Shown here in pieces: positions 41,411 through 57,470 of a stretch of 64,000 nucleotides of DNA. Every line of letters begins with the position of its first letter. Within the stretch, counting starts at the first letter, position 1. The notes under the pieces were generated by a model that saw nothing but the letters and a program-made list of their open reading frames with translations, had not been told where the DNA came from and did not search any database. The DNA is from the human T2T-CHM13v2.0 reference genome, Homo sapiens. A program made the position numbers and the translations under genes. The stretch lies in the NCBI RefSeq assembly GCF_009914755.1, contig NC_060933.1; one strand, 5' to 3'.

Positions 41411-44099
41411 CACTATTTTCCAAGTGTCTACAATTGCCAGACATTGTGTTAAGTTTGGAGAAAAGATACAAACCAAGAACTCTTACTACAGTGGAATTTA
41501 ATAGTTGAGGAGACTATCACACCATGCTTCAATATCATGGGAAATGTCCTGTCAGCAGTAAAGTAATCAAAGACTTCTGCCCTTGACTCTTTGATTTGGG
41601 GCCTAGGAATTTATATTATAGCTGATTTATCACTTCACTAAATCAGTCTATGCCTGTTTTTCACAGATTACACATATGATATGATAAATATAAGTGGCTG
41701 CCAATTAGATTTACTTCTATCCTCTAATTAGATTTACTTCTATCCTCTTTGTGCATCTCCTTAAGAACATAAGCAAGACAACACTGGATTAGCAATGAAC
41801 TGGAAGTATACTCAAGAGCTACTTTGAAAGAGTTCTTCTAACTCTGCTACTCTAAAATGTTTGGGACCACTCTCAAAATACCAAATATCCATATCCTAGT
41901 ACGTCTGAACTCTTCTGGGACATATTTATACATTCTCTGTGCCCTCCTGGGGATAATGCTATGAAATATAAATGCTATTTGAAGCAGAGACCTGACACCG
42001 TTTGCCAAGGGGAATTCTGGTCTTCTTCTTCTTGCCTATCTCAAAACGACAACAACAAAAACCCAAAAGAACAGTAAACACCTACCATTTTGGTAAGCAC
42101 TGTGCTAAGGACTTGGGGTACAAATATGAACCAGTTCTCGTCCTCAAGGGTTTCCAGTACATTGACAGAGAAAGACAAGTAAATCAACAATTCTAGCTAG
42201 GTGCCTTTGCAGGGATAGAGATAAATAAGCACAGGTATGACAAAAACCAGCACAAGAACCTCATGGAAATGGGGAGAAGTGGTTCCTCAAAGGAGCATGA
42301 GAGAATTAGGACTGGTTTCAGAATGGAGAAAGGATAAAAACAACACAGGGCCACTACACTAGCTGTGTGACCATGGGAAAAACTAGCTTCTCTCTCTGAA
42401 TCCGTTTTCTCATCTATAAAACAAGGGATACTACCTACTTTGGAAAGCTGTAAAAGTACTAATAAAATAGGAAAGCATCCAATAAAATAGAAGGTGCCCA
42501 GCAAGGAGTGCTTTTTAAAGTCCCTGCTCAGGCTTTTTCCTCATTTAAACATTACAACTGTATTAACTGTGTAATAAGTAAAAAGCCAGCAAGCAATCAA
42601 TGTGGGGTTTTTTGTGTACAGGATTGTCTACACGTCTTGCTCTGAAAATAAGTTCAGGTCCTTTTCATTTCCACCTGTACTATTAAATTACCCTTCTTAG
42701 GCTTTCTGTCCCCACTGCAAGTTCTTCCCCTTCTCAAAATACTCTAGACGAATCCTCAACACTCCTAGAGTTTCTTGTGTTATGCTAACTCTTTAACTTT
42801 AAACTTTTCATATTCTCCACTGTTAACAGACTTTGTATTTCTTAGCCTGGTACTCAAGTTTCTTCACAATCAGAATCCAAAGGTTCCCACCTCCCTGTTC
42901 CATCCAACACTTTAGACTTCTAGCTCCCCAAACCTATACTGTGTAGACTTCTGAGCCCTGGCTTCTGCGTTTTCCTTCCTGTCAAAATATGAGACCTGTA
43001 ATCGGCAGTGTGCAACAATTTTTTTTAAATAAGCACATTTGGCCAGGTAATAGCACTTCCAAGAAATTTAACAAAGTTCAAACTTTAGAATGTACACAAA
43101 CATTTCGGCTTCAAGAGCTTTCTTTTAGAACAATGCAAACTGGCAATAACTTAAATGCTCAGTAACAGGAAGCTGGTTAAATTAGAGCACATATCTAAAA
43201 CAAAGCGTTAGGCTGGTTGCAGTGGCTCATGCCTGTAATCCCAAAACTTTGGGAGGCTAAGGCAGGTGGATTGCTTAAGCCCAGGAGTTTGAGACCAGCC
43301 TGGGCAACACGGTGAGAGCTTGCCTCTACAAAAATTAATAATAACAAAACAAAGTGTTAATTTTTTTTTTTTTTTTTTGAGACGGAGTCTCGCTCTGTCG
43401 CCCAGGCCGGAGTGCAGTGGCGCGATCTCGGCTCACTGCAAGCCCGCCTCCCGGGTTCATGCCATTCTCCTGCCTCAGCCTCCCGAGTAGCTGGGACTAC
43501 AGGAGCCCACCACCACGCCCGGCTGATTTTTTTGTATTTTTTAGTAGAGACGAGGTTTCACCGTGTTAGCCAGGATGGTCTCGATCTCCTGACCTCGTGA
43601 TCCGCCCACCTCGGCCTCCCAAAGTGCTGGGATTACAGGCATGAGCCGCTGCGCCCGGCCCAAAGTGTTATAATTAACATTAACTGCCCTGTTAAGATTT
43701 TTTTTTAAATTATTTTAACGTTACTAAACAGGTCGTATAGTACCTCACTTTCCAAGTGTGTATGCAAAGAAACAAGCGTGGAAGGTAGACACCAAGATAT
43801 TGACAATGGCTTTCTCTGGCAGGTTATTTTAATTTTCTTCCATTTGCTTTCCAGTTTCTAAAGCTAATATATTCCTCTATGAAAACGTGTGAGTAAAGAG
43901 AAACAAATTCATGCCTTGTCTTTCTAGGCCCAATTTAAAACTATTTTCTCCCCCAGAAACTTTCCCCCTTCTCTGTCCTCATTCCTACAGCGCAGGATGC
44001 CTCTCTATGGCATTTATTAATTCCTAACCCGCCTAACACCATCTCCCATACGCTATGGCAAGGAAACCCCTAAGAGAAAAGCCCCTACGCTGCACGTAG

Positions 44100-44720
44100 C
44101 TGCTCCAGCTACTGAGCCAAGACTACGCAGACAGTACAAGTCTTATAACAAAGCGGAACAAGCCAGATGACGTCATCCCGCTCGCCAAAGCACATCACGT
44201 GGTCTCCGCAGCACGTGACCCGTGCCTTCGCCGTAGGTAAAAGAATGACGCACGTCAGTTCCAGATCGTGCGTTTTACACCCCTCTCGGCAACGAAGTCC
44301 GCTGCCTGGGCCTAAACCTCTCCAGAGTGTGGCACCGCCGGTGTTGGAAGTTACCTGTCTCCAGAGCCGGCTTAACGCAGCCGCACGGGGTCGCTGTAGG
44401 CCGAGGCCCCGACTCCTCCAAGCCGCGCATGGCTACTGGTTGCTGAGGTGCCCACCCGACGCATTCAACCTTCCGCTTCCGCTCTCCATGCCTGACGCAT
44501 GCGCAGTGGCCTCGCCGGCGAGGTCCCGCGAACCCAGGAGAATGTGCGCGCGCAGGGTGGCGTTGAGGGAAGCTTTGAGTTCTCCATGGGGCTTCGAACC
44601 CTATCCCGGGCGTGTGCCCCTCCGGGACCCCAATCTCGTTTATCTTACACACAGCTGCTACAGTTGCCCGCCCTCCTAGGGTAGAATGCGACTCCGGCTT
44701 CCCGCGCTTTTTGAGAGGGA
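44100..44720 (-). promoter_or_regulatory. TRMO: TRMO CpG-rich promoter with NRF1-like site (CGCATGCGCA, 44496-44505) and tandem ETS/GABP sites (GCGGAAGCGGAAG, ~44470-44482)
   Basis: Only extended CpG-dense non-Alu stretch in the window. Surrounds exon 1. TATA-less housekeeping-type motifs read directly from sequence. Confidence 0.85.
44355..44430 (-). CDS. TRMO: TRMO coding exon 1 (MRGLEESGPRPTATPCGCVKPALETG)
   Basis: ATG at 44430-44428 in GCCATGC context. Donor AG|GTAACT at 44355/44354. 76 nt, phase 1, joins exon 2 in frame. Confidence 0.96.
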
Positions 44721-44852
44721 ACACACCTCCATGAAGAACTCGCAACTATGTCTCTCTCGAAACATTATTAAGTAACCTATACGTCCAGTATGACCCTAAT
44801 TTTTAAGGGATGTGTATATGTAATTAACACAGAGCGGAAGGACTGGACGTTA

Positions 44853-45119
<267 letters not shown>

Positions 45120-45752
45120 TCAAGTGTGGTGGATGTTATAAAGGAGCCCTACTATGTGCTAGGGGTTAAGGAGTGGGAACTGTTTCTTGTGCTCCACACC
45201 TTACCGGAACTGAAGTGAGAATGGAATTATAAGAGTCAACATGCCATGTGCATTGTGGGGATTATTGTCGTTTCTGGACAGCTCTGAGAAGCTAAGAGCT
45301 AACAAGAATCATTTAATCCCATGCAATGACCAGTTGTCCTTGCAATGATAGCCTATCTTTTACCCACTTGTAATGCTGTCTCTCACCTTTAGTAAGTTTC
45401 TCTGTATATAATTCTCTTTCTGGGAGAAATTTTAAAATCTTTTATCTTTTTATCTGTTAACATCTGCAGTATAAAATATTCAAAAGCATATGAGTCACAG
45501 ATTGAAAAGTCTAACAACCATGAAAAGATGTTTCCATGTCTGTCCATTTGTCATTGATTTCTGGTAGAAAATAACCAGCAGGAGGAGCCAAATAATTAAA
45601 GATTGTGGTTTAAAAAATAAGATAAAACTGATCAAATTCATATAGTGTCTTTTGGCAGGTCATTTTTACAGGACAACTTGGAAAAGGCTGCCATTTTTTT
45701 TAGGAGGGACAGCTCTGTGCAGCTGGAGAAACAAGTTTGAAAATCATTGTTT

Positions 45753-45794
45753 TATATATATATAGCGCGCGCGCGTGTGTGTGTATGTGTGTGT
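45753..45794. repeat. Compound (TA)n(GC)n(GT)n microsatellite
   Basis: TATATATATATAGCGCGCGCGCGTGTGTGTGTATGTGTGTGT. Confidence 0.9.
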
Positions 45795-45823
45795 TTATAA
45801 AACTGGGCCAGAATTACTGCGCT

Positions 45824-45842
45824 TGCCACTAGATGGTGGTGT
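45824..45842 (+). promoter_or_regulatory. CTCF-like motif (TGCCACTAGATGGTGGTG)
   Basis: One mismatch to the CCASYAGRKGGCRS core. Lies between the HEMGN 3' end and the TRMO promoter. Confidence 0.55.
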
Positions 45843-47058
45843 TGCTAAAAATGATAGTCCCGCTTTATCTGTGGAAAGACTAGATTTAAAGAGATATTTG
45901 CCCTCCTGGAGGGCATGGTAGACGTTGTTAATCACACAAAAAAATATGTAATTACCAAGTGTGACAAGTACTGAAATGCAAAGCTGATTTGAATATACTA
46001 GGGAAATAGATTGCTACTTCTTTTATAGGTAAAATTTCTCTTGACTGAAAACGGGAACTTAAATATGCAGCACATTTTTTAGTCTATGATTTGAAGTTCT
46101 TATTATCTTGTCTGGAATTATATGTGATTATTTGCAGTTTATAAGACTTAACCTCTCCTCCAGATGTAAGACCTAGAAATCTGCCTTAAAGAAATGACCT
46201 AAATAATTATGTAGTCTTCAGCTTGTACTACTTTGAGAAACACTTCTCAGTAGAGTGATTCTTAACCTCTCATTTGGGTGAAGGACCCCTTTGAGAATCA
46301 ACTAAAGCTTTGAACCGTCCCACACATCATTTTGGCTATAATATCATATGGTTCATGGGTTTCTAACCTAACATGAGAGGAGGGCAGCACAAAGTCAAGC
46401 TAGAAGGATTCTTGCAAAACTTTAATTCTGTCACCTAAAGGTTCTAAGCCAAGAAGAACGCCAGAAGAATTTTAGATGCACAGTGATGTTTAAACAAGAA
46501 TGGTGAGAAAGCAGAAGTGGTGTGTGAATGCAGGGAGTGATGTAAGAGGGCAAGCAGAAAGGGTCCCGAGAGGTGGAGAGAGAAATTCTGCTTCCTCTAA
46601 TGTACTGCATTCCTCTTTCCCTCTCCTTCCCCATCTCATCTTTGTGCTCCTGTGCACTGTACGTATGCAAATCTCTTAAGGTCCATCTTAATGCAACGCT
46701 GTTAGAACTTGAGACTTCAGTTTACTCTTTTTTTTCCTCTAATTTTGGCCCACTCTGGCAGGTGAAATTGAGACAGAAGCACATTCCAAAGAAGAAAAAA
46801 AAGCACTGAGGAAGTCAGATGTGACTTTGGGTGAGTACCTTCCCTCTATGTTATTCCCTCATCTTTAAGTGAGAGTGATAATCACCGCCTGGCCTATTTC
46901 ACATACTTTTGTACAGATCAAATAAAATAGTTTATGTGAAAGTATAAATGTTGAAGTGTCATTGAGAGGTAAGAAACTATTATATGGTTGTGGCCGGGCG
47001 CGGTGGCTCACTCCTGTAATCCCAGCACTTTGGGAGGCCGAGGAGGATCACGAGGTCA

Positions 47059-47404
<346 letters not shown>

Positions 47405-48746
47405 TTAATGTACACACAAAAGGGGGTAGGCAGATAGGAGGGAAACAATATTGTAACATCCCACTGTACTATTGGTTCTCAACCCTACCTCCACTTTAGG
47501 ATTGTCAGGAGAGCTTTTAAAATAAAAACATCCTAAATGCAATTCTATATCCTGGATTGGACCCTGAAGCAGACAAAGCACATTAGTGGAAAAATTCATG
47601 AAAACGGAATAATGTCTGTAGTTAATGGTAGTGTAACTATCCTGATTTCTTAGTTTTGACAAATGGCCCATGGTTATGTAAGACGTTAACATTGGTGTAA
47701 ACTGGGCGAAAGGTATATAGTAACTTTTGTACTATCATGACAACTTTTCTGTAATTCTAAAATTATTCCTCCAAAAACTATTATTTGAAGCATAAAACAA
47801 TTAAAAAATAAATATACCTATGCCTGTACATCAGCTAGATGGGGGAATCTGAATCCCTGGGGGAGAAGTCTGGACATATATGTATTTTTGAAACCTTCCC
47901 AGGTGAGTCTAATGTACCAGAAGGGTTGAAAGAACCACTGCTCTCTCATGTTCATTATACCATGAATGCCTGAGGGACTGTGACCCTGTCTTGTTCTTTG
48001 ATATAGCTAGTACCTAGCACAGTGTCTATATGGAAAGCTTGTGCAAGTGTGTTCTTGCTGAATGAAACTTTATTTGCAAAAATATCCTTAGTCCTCTGTA
48101 ATAACAGAAGGAAAAGTGAAAACAAAAAATACCAGGGTAGATTTTCAGACATCTTCCCATCCAGAACAGCTTCTATTCCTGCCCCGGTCTCTTGTCGTTT
48201 TCAGTTAATCTTTACCATTATCACCATATTTACCATATTCCTAAAATAGTGAAATTGCCATTCCATTGTTCAAAAATCTGACTTCATTCCCCATTTTTAA
48301 CAAGTGATATATTTCTTGGTTAGGTAAGCAAAATATTCTATGCTCTAGTAATATGAGCTTTTCAGCATGCAAGCCTACTACTATTTCATATGGACTCTAC
48401 ATTAACCATAGTTTGCCTGCAGTTCTCTTGAACATGTTTTGAACTCACCCTTCTCTTTGTCACATACAGTAATGCTGCTATCCTCATCTATGCAAATACT
48501 TTCCGTCTTTCAAGGCTTCATGCCTGTGTAATTTTTTCAGGTCACTCCAGCAAAAAGTGAGCATTCTCTGTTTGTATCTACCATTCAAATGGCACCAGCC
48601 CTTACTATTTTCTTTTGTGATTATTTGTTTTCTGTTTTATTTCCCCATGAAACCAAATTAACCCCACCGTGGGGTGTTAGATAGGTCTTCTAACCTCCGC
48701 AATTCTTAACATGATGGTATCCACACAGTTAAGCATGTAATAATGA

Positions 48747-48752
48747 TTTAAT
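48747..48752 (-). terminator. HEMGN: Candidate HEMGN polyadenylation signal ATTAAA
   Basis: Plus-strand TTTAAT ~570 nt past the stop codon, after an AU-rich 3' UTR. Confidence 0.55.
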
Positions 48753-49096
48753 GTACATTGTGCACAAATACAATATTTAAAAAATAAAAATAGAAAATCA
48801 AAATTCAAATACAAAAGTAAACTACATTCATCACTCCAAAATATCTTTTAAGGAGAATTGTTAAAACTGACCAAAAGAGTCAACTAAAGCCTGAATAAAA
48901 TTTTGATGCTACTGTTACATTAATAATTGAACAGCATTTACAAGAAAACTATATACTCCACAAAATGTATGTGTTCAGTCTTAGTCACTTATCTGCTCTT
49001 AAGACGTAAATAAATGTTCTTAGGGGGGAAAACCAATTATCCAGTCCTCCCCGCTTCCTTATTTGTCTGTTCCCACCACTATCCTCTCCCCGACCT

Positions 49097-49097
<1 letters not shown>

Positions 49098-49137
<40 letters not shown>
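49098..49137. repeat. (TACA)n(CA)n microsatellite in the HEMGN 3' UTR
   Basis: Direct read. Lies between the stop codon and the candidate PAS. Confidence 0.85.
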
Positions 49138-49138
<1 letters not shown>

Positions 49139-49321
49139 TCTAGCATGATATTGTCTATGTGGTAGAGCCTTAAAAAATGTTATTTCTTTCAGATATGGTC
49201 TACAAATAGAAAAAATAATATTAATGAGCATTGTCAAAAGTTTTACAATATTTTGAGAAAATCACGCATAAACTATTAAGCTGTATGTTCCATTGGACCA
49301 CAACTTTATGGTTGAGCATTG

Positions 49322-49416
49322 TTAAAACAAAACATAACTATAGACATCATTTTCTGGATGACTCTCATTCAGAATTGCTGGTATTCCTGGCTCTTCTTTG
49401 GGTTTTTCTTTCATTT
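49322..49416 (-). CDS. HEMGN: HEMGN last coding exon (EMKEKPKEEPGIPAILNESHPENDVYSYVLF*)
   Basis: TTTTACAG| acceptor, TAA stop. Spliced CDS totals 1455 nt = 484 aa + stop. Confidence 0.95.
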
Positions 49417-49884
49417 CTGTAAAATCAAATAAAATAAAAAATAGATTCAATAAATTGTATTGGGACAATTGACTCTCCATTTGGAGGAAGAAAAACTGCT
49501 TTACAACATACACAACAACAAACCGTAGATGGGGTAAATTTTTAAATACCATAAAGTTATAGAAATAATAGTGTTTTTAGTAATCTTAGGATGCTAAGCA
49601 GAACACAGAGACCAGAAACCATAAAGGAAAAGACTAGCAAGTTCGAATACCTAAAAAGTAAAATTATATATGGTGAAAACCACTATAAACAAAGTTAAAC
49701 CAAATCAAAGACAACTGGAAAAATATTTGCAACATATACATAGTAAAAACTATTATTTAAAGAGGTTTTTTAATCGGAAAAAAGAAATAAAAAATGTTGA
49801 ATGGGATAAGGATTCAAACAGGCAATTCTTAAAAAATTATATTTATAATAATCCTGAAAAGATGTCTAGTAACATTAATTATAA

Positions 49885-50263
<379 letters not shown>

Positions 50264-51972
50264 GATCAAGTGTATTTTTTAACCTAGCAGACAGACAAGG
50301 ATTTTTAAAATGTCATAATGTACAGTGCTGACAAGGGTGTGGGGAAAAGGCACCTGTCTCGTGTGAATTGCTACCACATTTCTGGAGGCTAGTCTGACTG
50401 ACTGTATATTCAAACTTTAAATTTGGGTACCGTTTGGCCCAACAATTTGATTTCTAGGGGTTGATTCAAAGGAAATAATCAGACAAACTTCAGCCTCCAG
50501 TGCCTCCATTTCCTTATATTTAGAATGGGAGTATTATTTATCCAGTAGAGCTTTTAACATTGAATAAAATAAACCACATAAAATATTTAATATGGTGTCT
50601 GGCACATAGAAAAGTACCAGATAAATGTTAACTAAATAAATGTTATTCCCAATGATGTTCATTGAACATTGTTGTAATAGTAAAACTTGGCAGTAACCTA
50701 AGTGTTCATCCTTATAGAGACTGGTTGAATATACATATAGCACAGTACTATGCAGTTGTTACAAAAGACATCATAAAGATGGCTGCAATACATATTGTAA
50801 ATGAAAACAAAAACAAGTTACAGGATAGGATGGGTACTGTCTCATTTGTTGAAACAAAACAACCTTAACATTGGGAACTGAAGATAGAAGATGGTATTAT
50901 AGGGGACTTTTACTTTACTTGATATTCACTTACATATTGCTTTATTATAATGAACACTTACTACTTTTATAATCAGGAAAAATAGATATTCCCATTTATT
51001 TGGTCAAACAAAGCCAAAAATAAAATAAGCGTTAATTAATTGACCATATCGACCTTGCTGGGTTTAGAATGAAGCAGTTAGGAATCAGGACGCTGTGTTG
51101 GTTAGAGCTGCTTCTCCAGCAGGGTACTCCTGTCAGTGCACGTACTGCTTCACATGCCTGCTTTTGCTGCAATGTATTTCTTTAAAGTAGTTCTTCAAAA
51201 CTGGTATTACTTGGAAACCAACTAGCACCATGTTTTTGTTGCACTCATCTTTTAGGATAAAGAGCAAGTAAACTACTAAAGGGATTTCTTTAGAAATCAG
51301 TTTCCTGGGGATAACTATGGTCTGATAGACTCAGTCCATTTCTTATACTGTCTACAGTATTGTACAAAGAGAGCTGAAGTTCTCAGTTATGTCTCTGAGG
51401 CAAGTGAAATTAAAGAAAGGTTGCATTATTTTCAAATTCCTATACTTAGGAAAAAGTTTTTCAGGAACAAATCTTGAAATAGAAAGGGTTTTTGGTAAAC
51501 CTGATAAATCCTACAAGAATGAATTCCCTAGTAACAGGATTATATTTTACAGCTTTTATCTCCCTCAGTACTTCGTACTATGAATTTACCTGCTTTCCAT
51601 TTATCAGGCAAATTAAATTTCCTAGAAAAACTTCATTCATCAAGCTTTCTTGTTAATGTAGACTTAATTTTTAAAAATATTTTGCAATAATTCATCCTAT
51701 ATTGGGTTCATTTCACTGACTATAGCATCTCATAATGGATGGATAGTATGAATAAGTACTTAATGTACATGCTTGCATTTTCAATTTTTTTAACTCTTTG
51801 AAATATGCCAAGACAGACGTTGGTTGCATGAAAATATTGTTCACTTAAAACTAGTCAATGAAATTCACAGTATCCATTGAAATAACAGGGAATACCCAGG
51901 ATTGTCAGAGAAAGTTGTAAATCACTACTCTGGGGGAGATGTACCTACCTTGGTGCTATAAACAGCCCTTAC

Positions 51973-53159
51973 CTTGAGGAAAAGTATAAGCATCTTTAGC
52001 ATCTTCCTGGTGTGCTTTAGGATCCTGGCCTTGGGGCCCACCTGTTTCTTGGTGTGGTTCTGGAAAGCATTCTTTAGGCACATCCTTATTTTTATATGTC
52101 TCAGTAGAGAGGTCTTCAGGCCCCGGTGTTTCTTGGTATATTTCAGGTGAATATTCTTCAAGCTGGGATGTTTCTTGGTATATTTCAGGTGAATATTCTT
52201 CAAGCCCAGGTATTTCTTGATACGTTTCAGGTGAATATTTTTCAGACCCAGGAGTTTCTTGGTTTATTTCAATTGAATAGTCTTCAGAATGAGGTGTTTC
52301 TTGGATTGTTTTATGAGAGGGGGCTTTAGGCACAATAATTTCGTTACATGTTTTATGAGGAAGGTATTTAGGTTCAGCTGATTCTTGGTGTGTTTTTGTA
52401 GAAAGGTCTTTAGGCTCAGCTATTTCTTGTATTTTAGGAAAAAGGCCTTCTGTCTCAGCTATTCCTTGATCTGTTTCATTGTATTCCTCTGGTTCTGCTG
52501 GATTTTGGTCTGTGTCAAGAATATAGCCTTTAGGCACATCTGGTTTTGGATATGCTTGAAGAGAGCATCCTGCCAGATCAGCTGTGTCTTCAGATGTTGG
52601 ACAAGGAAGGATTTTGGGTACAGCAGCTTCTTGGCACATTTTAGGAGCCAGATCTTCTCGTTTAGCCATATCTTGGTACATTTTGAAAGGATGGTCTTGA
52701 ATTACAGATATTACTTGGCATGTGTTAGGAGAGTTGTCTTCAGGTTCCTTCATGTCTTGGCATATTTTGGAAGAATTGTCTTGAAGTACAGATATTTCTT
52801 GGTACATTTTAGGAGAGAGGTCTTCAGGTTCAGACACATGTTGGCATGTTTCAGAAGAATGGTTTTGTACTGCTATTTCTTGGTACTCAGAAAAATTCTC
52901 CTGATATATGTTACTTTCTTGACATATTTCAGAAAAGTGTTCCTCAGGCACAACTTTTTGCGGGGAGGCTACTGAAGGAAATACTTTGGTTATGCTCCCA
53001 GGTGGCTCAGTTTTTTTCTCTATAGGTGCCAGTGCTTTCTCCACTATTTCCTTTTCTATCTGTGGCTGAGGCTCCACCTTCAATTCTGTGTTTTGTTGTC
53101 TCTTTCTGCCTCTTCGATTTCCTTTTCCTGTTCTCTGCTGCTTGCGTTTTTTCTGTTCT
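51973..53159 (-). CDS. HEMGN: HEMGN large coding exon 3 (basic NLS-like KKRKQQRTGKGNRRGRKR, then acidic repetitive region)
   Basis: TTCTTTCTGCAG| acceptor, |GTAAGG donor. 1187 nt. Contains track ORF 51956..53083. Confidence 0.97.
52110..52300 (-). repeat. HEMGN: 42-nt (14-aa) coding tandem repeat in HEMGN (e.g. PGLEEYSPEIYQET)
   Basis: TTTCAGGTGAATATT recurs at ~52141, ~52183 and ~52225 (42-nt spacing). The degenerate period-14 pattern extends through most of the exon. Confidence 0.85.
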
Positions 53160-53470
53160 CTGCAGAAAGAACAGAATTAGTGTCAGCAGTGGTACTACAG
53201 AATTCAAATAAATGCTTGTAATAACAGTGCCAGGTCCCCCACTGCCTCATTGCACAAGTATCATGAACTAGTCACTTAATCTCTCTGGGCCTCAATCTCC
53301 TTGTTTGTAAAATGAAGGAGCAGCTCTAGATGTTCTCAATTCTTAGGAGAGGGAATGTTTCTCCAGGACTTCGTGGCATTGATACCATGCTTACCAGGAG
53401 CCTTCTTGGTGAGGGTAGTGCATGCGCGTATGCGTGCGTGCGTGTGTTATAGCATATTCTTAAAGTTTTG

Positions 53471-55587
<2,117 letters not shown>

Positions 55588-55959
55588 TATTTCCAAGGGC
55601 TCTGGCTACCAAGTAGGGGAGCCAGGCTACGAATCTAGTCATTCTGGCTTTAACAGCCAGGCTCATAACCATGCACTCTGCTGCCTCTCTCTGAAACTAA
55701 TAAAGTTTCACTGTATGGTGTGTTGTAGTGAGAAAAGAGGGCACAGGCCTTAGCATTATAGAGATGTATCACCAGAGCAAGTCCAGCCAGCTGCCAAGAG
55801 GCTCACTAAGGTGTTATCCATTTGAGTGAATACCCTCAGCCCAGCAAGCCCAGAAACCTGATTCTGTTAGCACACTGAGACTACCTCCATTTATCAGGGG
55901 CAGAGCTCATCAAGCAGATTTAAGGAGACTGACATATAAACCTAAAGACCAATTTTTAA

Positions 55960-56553
<594 letters not shown>

Positions 56554-57244
56554 CTAATACAAATATTTCTACTGTAAAATGATACACGTGTTCCTAAAAA
56601 AACCTCACTTTCTGCAAAATCATCCTCTATAAAGTTACAGTGGTTATGGAGGTGGGGCAAATAGGCTTGGGACAAATGATTCAAAACCCTTGCAACATTT
56701 TAACACTAACTAAAACAATAATTGGTACCAGGAGAGAGAACTTGGATGGTCTAGACAAGCAGTTTACTGTGGCTGGAGGCTGCCTCAGGGGATAGTAAAT
56801 GCAAATATAGTGTAATTGCAGGCTTGAAGCTGCTGAGACCTGAGCTCTGAGCCAGCGGGGTTGCCGTTAAGTTGGGCACAGGAGGGAAGTGCAAGCTGCC
56901 ACTTGATGGAGAGCTGCGCAAGGCTGGTGTTGTGCCTCTCTGAGGAGGGAACCCTGGATGCTGGCTGAAAAGAATCCTGCTTATACAACAGCCAAGCTGA
57001 AGGCTTTTTCTTTCCAGCTGAAAGCTTTAATTCTCTTCCCACTATTCTGCTTTCTTCTGACTAGGAAAAAATCATGAACCAACACAACCCCCACATTATA
57101 CTGACATCATTCTCCTATTTATCAATCGTATGTGAACTTGGTGTTATAGAAACATCTGTTGTAGCAGAACAGACAGTGCTCAGTCCACAGCGGGGTTTGG
57201 GGATTGGAAAATGCCCTTTCTTAGGAAGAGTGCTTTGCTTAAAT

Positions 57245-57470
57245 TAGTGGTTCTCAACTGGGGATGATTTTGCCTGTCTTCCCCCAACCCCACCCCAGAA
57301 GACTTTTGACAATGTTTGGAGACATTTTGTTGTCACAGCTGGGGTGGAAGGTGCTGTTGGCATCTAGAGGCCAGAAAATGCTACAAAACATCTGCAGTGC
57401 ACAAGCCAGCCCCCCACACAACAGGAAGTTCTCCTGCCCCCAGTGTCAGCAGTGCCAAGGTGGAGACACT
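57245..57470. mobile_element. MER20 DNA transposon
   Basis: AGTGGTTCTCAACTGGGGATGATTTTGCC...GACAATGTTTGGAGACATTTT...AGTGCCAAGGTGGAGA. Confidence 0.8.

Noticed and set aside
44167-44679. 170-aa plus-strand ORF antisense to TRMO exon 1
   Set aside because: Typical CpG-island ORF (R/P/A-rich) with no recognisable homology. Its ATG is part of the CRE palindrome.
44431-44745. In-frame N-terminal extension of TRMO suggested by ORF 44275..44745
   Set aside because: It starts at a non-ATG codon in GC-rich promoter DNA where stops are rare, and probably lies largely upstream of the TSS. The 441-aa CDS from 44430 is complete.
52385-52975. 196-aa plus-strand ORF antisense to HEMGN exon 3
   Set aside because: Shadow ORF of a repetitive coding exon, with a non-ATG start and no independent evidence.
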